Shown here piece by piece: positions 10,981-18,736 of a DNA stretch of 49,185 nt. The position numbers and the translations under genes are program-made. This stretch comes from an uncultured Candidatus Saccharibacteria bacterium (GTDB lineage: Bacteria; Patescibacteriota; Minisyncoccia; Phycocordibacterales; Phycocordibacteraceae): NCBI GenBank assembly GCA_964391975.1, contig CAYMNZ010000001.1, positions 81,280-130,464 on the forward strand. Reading direction: 5' to 3'. Numbering within the stretch: position 1 is the stretch's first letter; the number at the start of each line of letters is the position of its first letter. Under the pieces are notes generated by a model, which had not been told where the DNA came from, searched no databases, and worked only from the letters and a program-made list of their open reading frames with translations.

Positions 10981-12391
10981 GAAGTTGAACGAACTCACTA
11001 TTGAGGAAGCAGCGCGCGCTCTGCGAGCAGGTGAGTGCTCGGTGCACGAACTTTTTGAGGCATGTATGCATGCTGCGAAGGAAAAGAACGTCGAGCTTAA
11101 CGCCTACCTGGAGCTTTTTGATGCAGACGAGGTGGCCATTGCTGCGGCACAGGCTCGTATACAGAAAGAAGGCGATAACGCGCCCCTCTTGTGTGGTATC
11201 CCTCTCGCGATGAAGGACAACATCCTGATAGAGGGAAAGATTGCGAGCGCGGCCTCAAAAATCCTTTCCACCCACCGAGCTACCTATGATGCCACCATCA
11301 CCAAGAGGCTGAAGGACGCGAACGCACTTTTCATGGGAAGGACAAATATGGACGAGTTTGCGCTCGGTGGCTCTACCGAGAACTCGGCATTCGGTCCAAC
11401 ACGTAACCCTTTTGACACCACTCGTGTTGCTGGAGGAACGTCAGGAGGCTCTGCTGCGGCCGTGGCAGCGCATATGGCCATCGGAGGGTTAGGTACCGAC
11501 ACTGGTGGTTCGCTTCGTAACCCGGCAAGTTATTGCGGACTGGTAGGAGTGAAGTCGAGTTATGGGGCCGTGCCCCGAACAGGTCTCATTGCTGCGGCTT
11601 CTTCGTTTGACCAGGCCGGCCCGCTTACGAAGACGGTACGCGATGCACGTATTCTTCTCCATACCATTCGCGGTAAGGATGTGCTTGATAGCACCTCCAT
11701 TGAGCTGCCGACAAGCTCACGTCCTTTAAAAAAGAAGATAGGGGTGTTGCGTTCTCTGATGGAGGGGTCGCTCGCGCCAGATGTAACTGCGCGTTTTGAG
11801 GAAACGCTGGCAGGTCTCGGAGACTACGAGATAGTACCGATTGAAATTCCTTCGATTACACCCGCACTTGCGGCGTACTACATTATTAACTTTGCCGAGG
11901 TATCGACGAACCTCGCACGATTCGATGGTGTCCGATACGGCGTACACGCAAAAGGAGAGGACCTACTTGAAGACTACGTACGCTCGAGGACGGAAGGATT
12001 TGGTCCTGAGACTAAGCGCCGCATCCTACTTGGAACTTTTGTACTCTCCTCTGGGTATATCGACGCCTACTATCGCAAGGCGGACATGGCACGCAAGATA
12101 CTCAGACACGAAATGGACCAAGCATTCGAGTCCGTGGACTTCATTGCAACACCTACCATGCCGAGCCCCGCTTTCGTCATAGGAGAGCACTCAGACCCTC
12201 TTTCGCTCTACCTTGAGGACGTGTTCACTGTTACGGCAAACCTAACTGGGTTACCTGCGATATCGGTTCCTATGGGGACCCTAAGTCGTGATGGCAAAGA
12301 CTTGCCAGTTGGTATCCAGTTCATGGGAGCGCACGGGGAAGACGACCTCTTGTTCACAGCAGGCGCGATGGTGACGAAAGAGGCGCTATAA
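10973..12391 (+). CDS. gatA: Asp/Glu-tRNA amidotransferase subunit A
   Basis: KDNI, TNMDEFA, GGTSGGS, GTDTGGS, NLARFDGVRYG, RRILLGTFVLS. Confidence 0.95.
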   Translation: MTKKLNELTIEEAARALRAGECSVHELFEACMHAAKEKNVELNAYLELFDADEVAIAAAQARIQKEGDNAPLLCGIPLAMKDNILIEGKIASAASKILSTHRATYDATITKRLKDANALFMGRTNMDEFALGGSTENSAFGPTRNPFDTTRVAGGTSGGSAAAVAAHMAIGGLGTDTGGSLRNPASYCGLVGVKSSYGAVPRTGLIAAASSFDQAGPLTKTVRDARILLHTIRGKDVLDSTSIELPTSSRPLKKKIGVLRSLMEGSLAPDVTARFEETLAGLGDYEIVPIEIPSITPALAAYYIINFAEVSTNLARFDGVRYGVHAKGEDLLEDYVRSRTEGFGPETKRRILLGTFVLSSGYIDAYYRKADMARKILRHEMDQAFESVDFIATPTMPSPAFVIGEHSDPLSLYLEDVFTVTANLTGLPAISVPMGTLSRDGKDLPVGIQFMGAHGEDDLLFTAGAMVTKEAL

Positions 12392-12399
12392 TCAAGCGG

Positions 12400-13011
12400 A
12401 TGGCCGAAGGAACTACTGGACCGATTCATTTCCTCAACCTCGAATATTTCTTCCGACTCCTCTATGAGGCGATGTTTCGTGGTGGTGACTTCGAAGGCAC
12501 GGTAAGCGGTGGCGCCGTGCAGATAGGACCGTTCCTGAGCTCCATTTGGAACCTTGCGACGGTGCTTGGCTTTGTGCTCTCACTGCTGTTTCTTATGTTC
12601 CTCGTGTTCGCCACGGTGCGCATTTACCAGATACGGCACCAGGAAGAGCATCTCTACGAAGACATTGAGTTTGAGGAGGCAGATCGTCAGACGGACCGCT
12701 CTCGTTGGGCGCACGTGGCCTCGTTGGTAGAGAGTTCGCAGGAGCGCGATTGGCGCCAGGCACTGATTGAGGCAGACATCATGCTTGATGAGGTTTTGAC
12801 CGAGCAGGGATATGAGGGGAATACGGTGGCAGACAAACTTTCGAAGGTGGACCCTGCTCGCTTCAAGACCCTCAACGATGCATGGGAAGCGCACAACGTG
12901 CGTAACCAAATGGCGGCTAATCCAGATGAGCCCATTCGTGACGAAATTGCGTACCGCGCAATCAAACACTACGAAGCTGTCTTTAGAGAATTCAATACCA
13001 TCGACGCTTGA
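12400..13011 (+). CDS. Hypothetical single-pass membrane protein
   Basis: One TM helix and a conserved-looking C-terminal domain (ALIEADIMLD, AWEAHNVRN). Confidence 0.75.
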   Translation: MAEGTTGPIHFLNLEYFFRLLYEAMFRGGDFEGTVSGGAVQIGPFLSSIWNLATVLGFVLSLLFLMFLVFATVRIYQIRHQEEHLYEDIEFEEADRQTDRSRWAHVASLVESSQERDWRQALIEADIMLDEVLTEQGYEGNTVADKLSKVDPARFKTLNDAWEAHNVRNQMAANPDEPIRDEIAYRAIKHYEAVFREFNTIDA

Positions 13012-13045
13012 AAAAGGGTCATTTTCTGCTAAAGTGGCCTCATAT

Positions 13046-13116
13046 CGCGGGGTAGAGGAGAGGTACCTCGGGAGGCTCATAACCTCCAGACGCCGGTTCG
13101 ATTCCGGCCCCCGCAA
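13046..13116 (+). tRNA. Initiator tRNA-fMet (CAT), CCA not encoded
   Basis: CGCGGGG/CCCCGCA acceptor stem with C1:A72 mismatch, A11-U24 pair, anticodon loop CTCATAA, T-loop TTCGATT. Confidence 0.9.
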
Positions 13117-13123
13117 CAAGTAT

Positions 13124-13151
13124 GAAAACCGCCCGATACGGGCGGTTTTTC
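13124..13151. terminator. Bidirectional terminator
   Basis: AAAACCGCCCG-ATA-CGGGCGGTTTTT between the tRNA and a convergent gene. Confidence 0.8.
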
Positions 13152-13152
13152 G

Positions 13153-13887
13153 TTAGGCCTCGCTCGTTGTTGGCTTTGGTCGTGCCTCGAGCTCGCGGAT
13201 AGAGCGGTTGCGGTGGATGAGCTCGTCATTGCGAACTGAAGACAAGAACTCGTATTCACTCTTCACGTTCCGGCCGTAGAAGTCGAGGAAATCAGACTGT
13301 ATGGGTGTCTGCTTAAGTACTTCCTCGTTCTCATCGAGGAACTCCTGATACTGAGCGTACGCATGGCTCTCGAAGAGATAGTTGAGCTCCAGCGCTGTTT
13401 TGCGAGAAATCATGTAGAGAAGGTACACCACCCAGAAATACACAAGCGCGAAAAGCAGGGGAATGAGGGTGAAGCGGAAGAAACCGTGGTCTTTTTTCTT
13501 GCGCGCAAGGTGCGAGATGACCACCACGTGCATGGTCTCGTTGTCTTGAGCAAAGCGGCTGAAGGCGCTGGTCTTGCAGAGCTGGATGGCGATACCCTCA
13601 TTGCCATGGAAGGCCGATACCATGGTGTAGGCAGCAACTTCCCATGATTGGTACGGAATACGGGCGATAACCTCTATGGCCTTAAATTTCCCGTAGGAAG
13701 GGCGCTTGCCGTACATCAGGGTGCCGCTTCCAACGAGGATAGCGCCCAGGATTCTCGCTACGATGCCAGTTTTGTATCCATCATACGGGCGGGCGTACTG
13801 ATCCCGGAGATGGGGGTCGGCGAGCTCTCGCACCAAGGCCTCATGGGACTCAAATTCTTCGTTCATGTGTTCCTGAAACTCTAGCAT
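13153..13887 (-). CDS. Alternative oxidase / PTOX-like diiron protein
   Basis: IEVIARIPY, DNETMH (ExxH), FESHAY, RNDELIH (ExxH) and a central hydrophobic segment; start is 13887 or 13866 rather than 14067. Confidence 0.82.
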   Translation of the reverse strand: MLEFQEHMNEEFESHEALVRELADPHLRDQYARPYDGYKTGIVARILGAILVGSGTLMYGKRPSYGKFKAIEVIARIPYQSWEVAAYTMVSAFHGNEGIAIQLCKTSAFSRFAQDNETMHVVVISHLARKKKDHGFFRFTLIPLLFALVYFWVVYLLYMISRKTALELNYLFESHAYAQYQEFLDENEEVLKQTPIQSDFLDFYGRNVKSEYEFLSSVRNDELIHRNRSIRELEARPKPTTSEA

Positions 13888-13918
13888 ATAGGGGCGGTTA
13901 TATCGTATAGTGACCACA

Positions 13919-14602
13919 ATGCAGGCAGTCATCATGGCCGCGGGGGAGGGTAAGCGAATGCGTCCCCTCACAGAGACGCGCCCTAAGCCTCTTATCGAAG
14001 TGGCGGGTAAGCCCATCATCGTGCATGTGCTCGATGCACTTCCTAAGGAGATAACCGAGGTTGTCATCGTCGTGGGCTACAAGCACAAGATGGTTGAGGA
14101 GTTTCTTGGAAGCTCTTACAAAGGACTTCCCGTCACGTTTGTCCGTCAGTGGATGCCAGCTGGAACCGCTCACGCGCTCTCGGTTGCTCTTCCGTTTATA
14201 AAGGGACGCTTCCTCCTCATGAACGCTGATGACATTCATGGACCGGAGGCGCTTGCGGAAGCTGTGTCGCACCCGCGCTCAATTCTGGTTGCGGAGAGCG
14301 CACACCCTGAGACCATGGGTGTGGTGCAGGTTGCTGCTGACGGTACACTCGAGGGCATCATCGAGAAGCCAGAGAAACCGGTAGGCAACCTTGTTTCGAC
14401 CGGGGCTATGGTGCTCGACAAGGAACTGTTCGAGTACGAAGCGCTTCGTCACATCAGCGGGGAGTACTTTATGACCGACCCGTTGGCCCTCTACGCCAAG
14501 GATCACCCCATGACGGTGGTGCGCCAAGGGCTCTGGATTCCGGTTGGGACTCCGGCAGACATAGAGGTGGCGGAAAAGCGGCTCATTGAAGGAAGGGCGT
14601 AA
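13919..14602 (+). CDS. Sugar-phosphate nucleotidyltransferase (GlmU N-terminal-like)
   Basis: AVIMAAGEGKRMRPLT, PKPLI, GTAHAL, IIEKP. Confidence 0.9.
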   Translation: MQAVIMAAGEGKRMRPLTETRPKPLIEVAGKPIIVHVLDALPKEITEVVIVVGYKHKMVEEFLGSSYKGLPVTFVRQWMPAGTAHALSVALPFIKGRFLLMNADDIHGPEALAEAVSHPRSILVAESAHPETMGVVQVAADGTLEGIIEKPEKPVGNLVSTGAMVLDKELFEYEALRHISGEYFMTDPLALYAKDHPMTVVRQGLWIPVGTPADIEVAEKRLIEGRA

Positions 14603-14623
14603 AAATAGTAAGGTGCGGTTACT

Positions 14624-14700
14624 GCTGATGTAGCTCAGGTAGTTAGAGCATGGGACTCATAAACCCAAGGTCGGAGGTGCAAGTCCTCCCATCAGCACCA
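14624..14700 (+). tRNA. tRNA with CAT anticodon (elongator Met or Ile2), CCA encoded
   Basis: GCTGATG/CATCAGC acceptor stem, GCTC/GAGC D-stem, CTCATAA loop, GGAGG-TGCAAGT-CCTCC T-arm. Confidence 0.88.
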
Positions 14701-14951
14701 TGGATACAACTACCCTCATCGGGGTCATCGGCGCGACCCTTCTTCTCCTGGCTTTCATAGGGAATGCCGTAGGGAAGATGGAGCACGATGGTACCGGGTA
14801 CATCATCATTAACCTCGTCGGCGGGGTCTTCCTCGTCTGGTATGCGTCACTCATCGGCTCATGGCCGTTTATCGTCATTGAGTCGGTCTGGGCCATTGTC
14901 GCGTTCCGGGGACTGTGGGAGAAGCTTGCCGGGGGAGGCAAAACCCGTTAG
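14700..14951 (+). CDS. Small membrane protein (CBU_0592-like)
   Basis: Three TM helices; IGVIGATLLLLAF, YIIINLVGG and PFIVIESVW pattern. Confidence 0.75.
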   Translation: MDTTTLIGVIGATLLLLAFIGNAVGKMEHDGTGYIIINLVGGVFLVWYASLIGSWPFIVIESVWAIVAFRGLWEKLAGGGKTR

Positions 14952-14972
14952 AGTGCCCACTGTTACCACCTT

Positions 14973-15046
14973 GCAGCGGTAGCTCAACTGGTTAGAGCAC
15001 CCGCCTGTCACGCGGGAGGTTGCGGGTTCAAGTCCCGTCCGCTGCG
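14973..15046 (+). tRNA. tRNA-Asp (GTC), CCA not encoded
   Basis: GCAGCGG/CCGCTGC acceptor stem, CCCGC-CTGTCAC-GCGGG anticodon arm, discriminator G. Confidence 0.95.
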
Positions 15047-15052
15047 CACTTG

Positions 15053-15086
15053 CACAAAGCCACCCATTTGGGTGGCTTTGTGTTTT
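15053..15086 (+). terminator. Intrinsic terminator after tRNA-Asp
   Basis: CACAAAGCCACCC-ATTT-GGGTGGCTTTGTG followed by TTTT. Confidence 0.85.
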
Positions 15087-15124
15087 CATCTAAATACCGC
15101 TTCAATTGATATATAGTCTAGATT

Positions 15125-15592
15125 ATGAAAACTAAATTCGTCATAGGAGCAGTACTTGTACTTGTGTTCATCGCTTTTCTCGTCATACAAAATGGAGAGC
15201 GCAGCATGAGTACACAGAACACAGTACCGGTTATCCCCCACGAAAATCCACTTATTCTCGAAGATATTGCCGACGTGTACGCGGTACAAAATACGAATGA
15301 CCTCCACGATCAATATCTGGGACTTAACGAGGTGATCGTAAGTAGGGTAGTGAGCGATCGCCTATTCTATGTTCATCAGGGTGACGAATCGCAGCAGGTC
15401 CTTGTGTACGACGGAGCTGATAGTCAGGGTAGTAGAGTGCTGAAGGCAGGCGATGAGATTGGATACATCCGTGGCACACTTGCCGTTTCCGGGAGCCTTA
15501 CCTTTGTCGAGGACGATGAGTCTTCTCAAGAAGAAATTGATTTTCTAAAGAAAGAACAATTCTTCTTAAGGGCTATCCCCGCGGAGGGATAG
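15125..15592 (+). CDS. Hypothetical membrane-anchored acidic protein (cargo at tRNA-Asp)
   Basis: N-terminal TM helix; AT-richer DNA; flanked by a direct repeat. Confidence 0.7.
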   Translation: MKTKFVIGAVLVLVFIAFLVIQNGERSMSTQNTVPVIPHENPLILEDIADVYAVQNTNDLHDQYLGLNEVIVSRVVSDRLFYVHQGDESQQVLVYDGADSQGSRVLKAGDEIGYIRGTLAVSGSLTFVEDDESSQEEIDFLKKEQFFLRAIPAEG

Positions 15593-15613
15593 AATCATTG
15601 TTTCTGTATTTCA

Positions 15614-15669
15614 GTTCCAACAACGTCCATTAGCCCGCGCACTTTCACAAGCCAACCATCTGGGTGGCT
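15614..15669 (+). repeat. att-like motif, copy 2, joined to a degenerate duplicate of the tRNA-Asp 3' end and terminator
   Basis: GTTCCAACAACGTCCA, then 15637-15669 matches 15044-15077 at 30 of 34 positions. Confidence 0.75.
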
Positions 15670-15682
15670 GAATATAGTCTTG

Positions 15683-16576
15683 TTACCTAAGAAATTCTTG
15701 CTCGAATGCTTTTGCCGTTAGGGTAAGTGCTTCGAATCTTTTTTGGTACGTCATACTTATAGGAGGGGAAATAGAGGTTTTGTTTGCGTCCACAATATAT
15801 ATCTGTCTATCCTCTCTATCCCGCAGCACATCAAGCTCACCAAACTCCATGCCAATACGCGCTGCAAAGGCAGTGAGCTGCTGCTGTTCCGTTGCTGAAA
15901 ATACTTCGTCAGCGCTCTGAATTTCAGCATGTACGCTGCTACTTTCAAATCGACGTGTAGGCACTCTCTGTTTTCGGTAAACCACCGGAAGTTTCGTCCC
16001 GACTACCACTGCACGGAGGTCTTCGACAAACCTGCCGTCCTCAGAGACGTTGTTGATAAGGCGCTGGTATACATGATTCTTTCTTGGGGAAGCAAGCGGA
16101 GCTTGAACGATACGTCCATCGTGCACTCCGTTGGTTTCTGATTTTTCTACCATCAGGCCGGTGTAGTTTCTGGGGTCAACGCTAAGCGCTCTTCCACACA
16201 CCTCTGCAAACACACGCGCTACGGTGGTTTTATTAATATCGACACAGCGACCGTTTATATACTTCTGGTCTCCTCGCGGCAGTCTGCTTTCTTTAATTTC
16301 GGTAAGATCAAACCACAGCAACGTGTGCTTCTGTTCTCGTGCAACGAGTGTAAGCCCGAGCGTCTCTGCGACTCCCCAAATTGTATAGAGGGGAAGAGGG
16401 AGACGCGGCAGCACACCCAGTGTTCGGACTTCTTGGGTTCGACGTATGGAATGCCCGTAGAGGAGGAGACGAACGCTATGGGAGGTATAGCGCCACACCA
16501 CGCGCAGGAACTCCACAGGACGTTTTATTGAATTAGCCAACCGTCCAGCAAACTCAACTAAGGAGGTCCAAGGCAT
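15683..16576 (-). CDS. ATP-grasp-like protein
   Basis: VEKSETNGVHDG, VYQRLINN, EDLRAVVVG, FGELDVLRD, YIVDANKT resemble ATP-grasp motifs; start uncertain. Confidence 0.65.
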   Translation of the reverse strand: MPWTSLVEFAGRLANSIKRPVEFLRVVWRYTSHSVRLLLYGHSIRRTQEVRTLGVLPRLPLPLYTIWGVAETLGLTLVAREQKHTLLWFDLTEIKESRLPRGDQKYINGRCVDINKTTVARVFAEVCGRALSVDPRNYTGLMVEKSETNGVHDGRIVQAPLASPRKNHVYQRLINNVSEDGRFVEDLRAVVVGTKLPVVYRKQRVPTRRFESSSVHAEIQSADEVFSATEQQQLTAFAARIGMEFGELDVLRDREDRQIYIVDANKTSISPPISMTYQKRFEALTLTAKAFEQEFLR

Positions 16577-16627
16577 CTTCGGAAGGATACCATCAGGGGC
16601 CTGCTATACTTTCGCTCTCTTCTACTC

Positions 16628-17032
16628 ATGGCTTCCCTCGACAAAAAAGCCTTCGTTCGTTTCGGTAAATCGTTCGGGGTCGGTCTGGTGACCTTTTCGT
16701 TCGATTTGGCGCTTCTCTTTTTCCTCACGGACGTACTCAATCTGCAGTACCTCCTTTCGGCGGGAGCTGCGTTTATCCTTGCGACCTCGCTCAACTACCT
16801 CATTTCCCGTAAGCATGTGTTCGTGGGGAGTGCGCGGCCAGCGTATGCAGGATATTTGTTCTTTATCGTCATTGGTGGCGTCGGGCTCGTTCTGGTAACC
16901 ACCTTCATGTATGTATGCGTAGAGATATTTGGTCTCTATTACCTCTTGAGTAGAGTTCTGGTCGCGTGTCTGGTCGGGTGGTGGAACTACCTCATGAACT
17001 TATACGTAAACTTCAGAGTCGCGGGGACGTAA
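16628..17032 (+). CDS. GtrA family membrane protein
   Basis: Four TM helices; VGLVTFSFD, NYLISRKHVF, WNYLMN. Confidence 0.85.
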   Translation: MASLDKKAFVRFGKSFGVGLVTFSFDLALLFFLTDVLNLQYLLSAGAAFILATSLNYLISRKHVFVGSARPAYAGYLFFIVIGGVGLVLVTTFMYVCVEIFGLYYLLSRVLVACLVGWWNYLMNLYVNFRVAGT

Positions 17033-17054
17033 TGCCTGGTGGTATCATTTGGGT

Positions 17055-17438
17055 ATGAACACCAACATCATTCTTGCTGCTCTCGTTACGTTTCTTATAG
17101 GTGCGGGTGGTGGCTATTACATTGGCAACAGCCCAGACAATCGCCACCAGATGCCGGATGGAAGTGAAATGCACGGCTCTGCCCACAGTGACATGGAGAG
17201 CGAGATGGAGGGAATGATGGCTGCGCTCGACAACAAGACAGGGGATGAGTTCGACAAAGCCTTTCTCACTGAGATGATTGTGCACCACGAGGGTGCGGTA
17301 GAGATGGCGGAAGCCGCTCTACAGAACGCCAAGCACGCGGAACTAAAGACCATGGCAGAAGCTATTATTTCTGCACAGACAACTGAGATTGAGCAGATGC
17401 AGAACTGGCAGAAGAGCTGGTACGGATTGAACCAATGA
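17055..17438 (+). CDS. DUF305 family ferritin-like protein
   Basis: FDKAFLTEMIVHHEGAVEMA and IISAQTTEIEQM; N-terminal TM helix; Met/His-rich linker. Confidence 0.88.
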   Translation: MNTNIILAALVTFLIGAGGGYYIGNSPDNRHQMPDGSEMHGSAHSDMESEMEGMMAALDNKTGDEFDKAFLTEMIVHHEGAVEMAEAALQNAKHAELKTMAEAIISAQTTEIEQMQNWQKSWYGLNQ

Positions 17439-17485
17439 ACATAACGCAAGGACTAGTGAAAGACTAGCGGTGCTAAGATTTACCG

Positions 17486-18736
17486 ATGCCCATTCATAAC
17501 CGCCATCGCATAAGCGACCGCGTGCATATCCCGCACGAGGAAACTAAAGGATTGGCGCATGGCGTGAAGCTTCTTGCGTGGGCACGAACCGTCAGGTGGG
17601 CAGGGTGGGGGTTTGGTGAGTCGTTGCTCCCTCTGTTTATTTTTGCGTTCTCTGCTTCCTATGCCGAAGCAGGACTGCTCACATCCATCTACAGCATCGC
17701 GCTTTTGGTAGCACTTCCGATTGTGGGCATGCTCGCTGATCGTATGTCCGCCAAGGTGCTCATTCTTGCTGGCCTCGCGCTCTATCCATTGGTCGGTCTT
17801 GGGTACTTCCTCGCAGGGGCAGCAGGAGTTGCGTTGTTTGTGGTACTTGCACGCCTTATAAACGGTGTCTCGTGGGCGCTTGAGAGTGTCGGCATTGATA
17901 CTTACTACCGCCGGGTGACTGACCGCACGCTTCTCGCCTCCTCCTTCGGCTACATCGAAACAGTTGCGTACGCAGGGTGGATACTCGCCGCGCTCATAAG
18001 CATGCTGCTGGTGACGATTGTCCCCGTGCACTATCTGTTGTTGCTTATCCTACCGTTCTCGCTGCTTGCCATCCCGATTGCGCTTATGGCGCCGAAGGAC
18101 ACACCGCGCCCCGTCGTGAATCCGCTCAAGACCTTCGAGTCCTACAAGAGCGCACTGACAGAGTGGGGGACATGGGATATGCGTCTCAAGCTTCTCGGCG
18201 TTCTTGTTCTGTTCATGGGCGTCATTGATACGCTCACCGGACTCTTCATCCCAATTGATGCCTACATGGAGGGGGCGAACTTCCAGATGGTGGTGGTGCT
18301 CGCTATTGTTGCGACCATTCCACGCCTCTTTGGTTTTATGCTCGGCAAACTTGCGGACCACCACAACAAGTACAAGCTCGTCATGTGGGGGCTTCTTGGT
18401 GTTGCGGTGCTCATGAGCGCGCTCGCGTTCTTCCCGGGCTATGCGGTTCTTCTGATTGTCTCCTTCCTTCTCTGTGTACTGATGGAGCTCTTCACTGTCA
18501 TCGGAAAAGCACTGGTGACCACGCTTGGTCCTGAGGACCACTACGGGGTACGGGGAAGCACCTTCCAGAGCATCGCAACCATGGGGAACCTTGTGGCTCC
18601 GCTCCTGATAGGCATCTCGCTTGATGTGCTCGGGTTCGGGGCACTCGTAAGTATTCTCGCCGTGATTGCCGTTGCAATCGGACTTGCGTTTGGGATGCTC
18701 GCTATTCGACGGTCACCGACTTCGCAAGGTTCCTAG
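17486..18736 (+). CDS. MFS transporter
   Basis: About 12 TM helices; GMLADRMS and GKLADHH motif A-like loops. Confidence 0.88.
   Translation: MPIHNRHRISDRVHIPHEETKGLAHGVKLLAWARTVRWAGWGFGESLLPLFIFAFSASYAEAGLLTSIYSIALLVALPIVGMLADRMSAKVLILAGLALYPLVGLGYFLAGAAGVALFVVLARLINGVSWALESVGIDTYYRRVTDRTLLASSFGYIETVAYAGWILAALISMLLVTIVPVHYLLLLILPFSLLAIPIALMAPKDTPRPVVNPLKTFESYKSALTEWGTWDMRLKLLGVLVLFMGVIDTLTGLFIPIDAYMEGANFQMVVVLAIVATIPRLFGFMLGKLADHHNKYKLVMWGLLGVAVLMSALAFFPGYAVLLIVSFLLCVLMELFTVIGKALVTTLGPEDHYGVRGSTFQSIATMGNLVAPLLIGISLDVLGFGALVSILAVIAVAIGLAFGMLAIRRSPTSQGS

Noticed and set aside
13888-14067. N-terminal extension of the AOX-like ORF to 14067
   Set aside because: It is antisense to the conserved nucleotidyltransferase N-terminus; the real start is likely 13887 or 13866.
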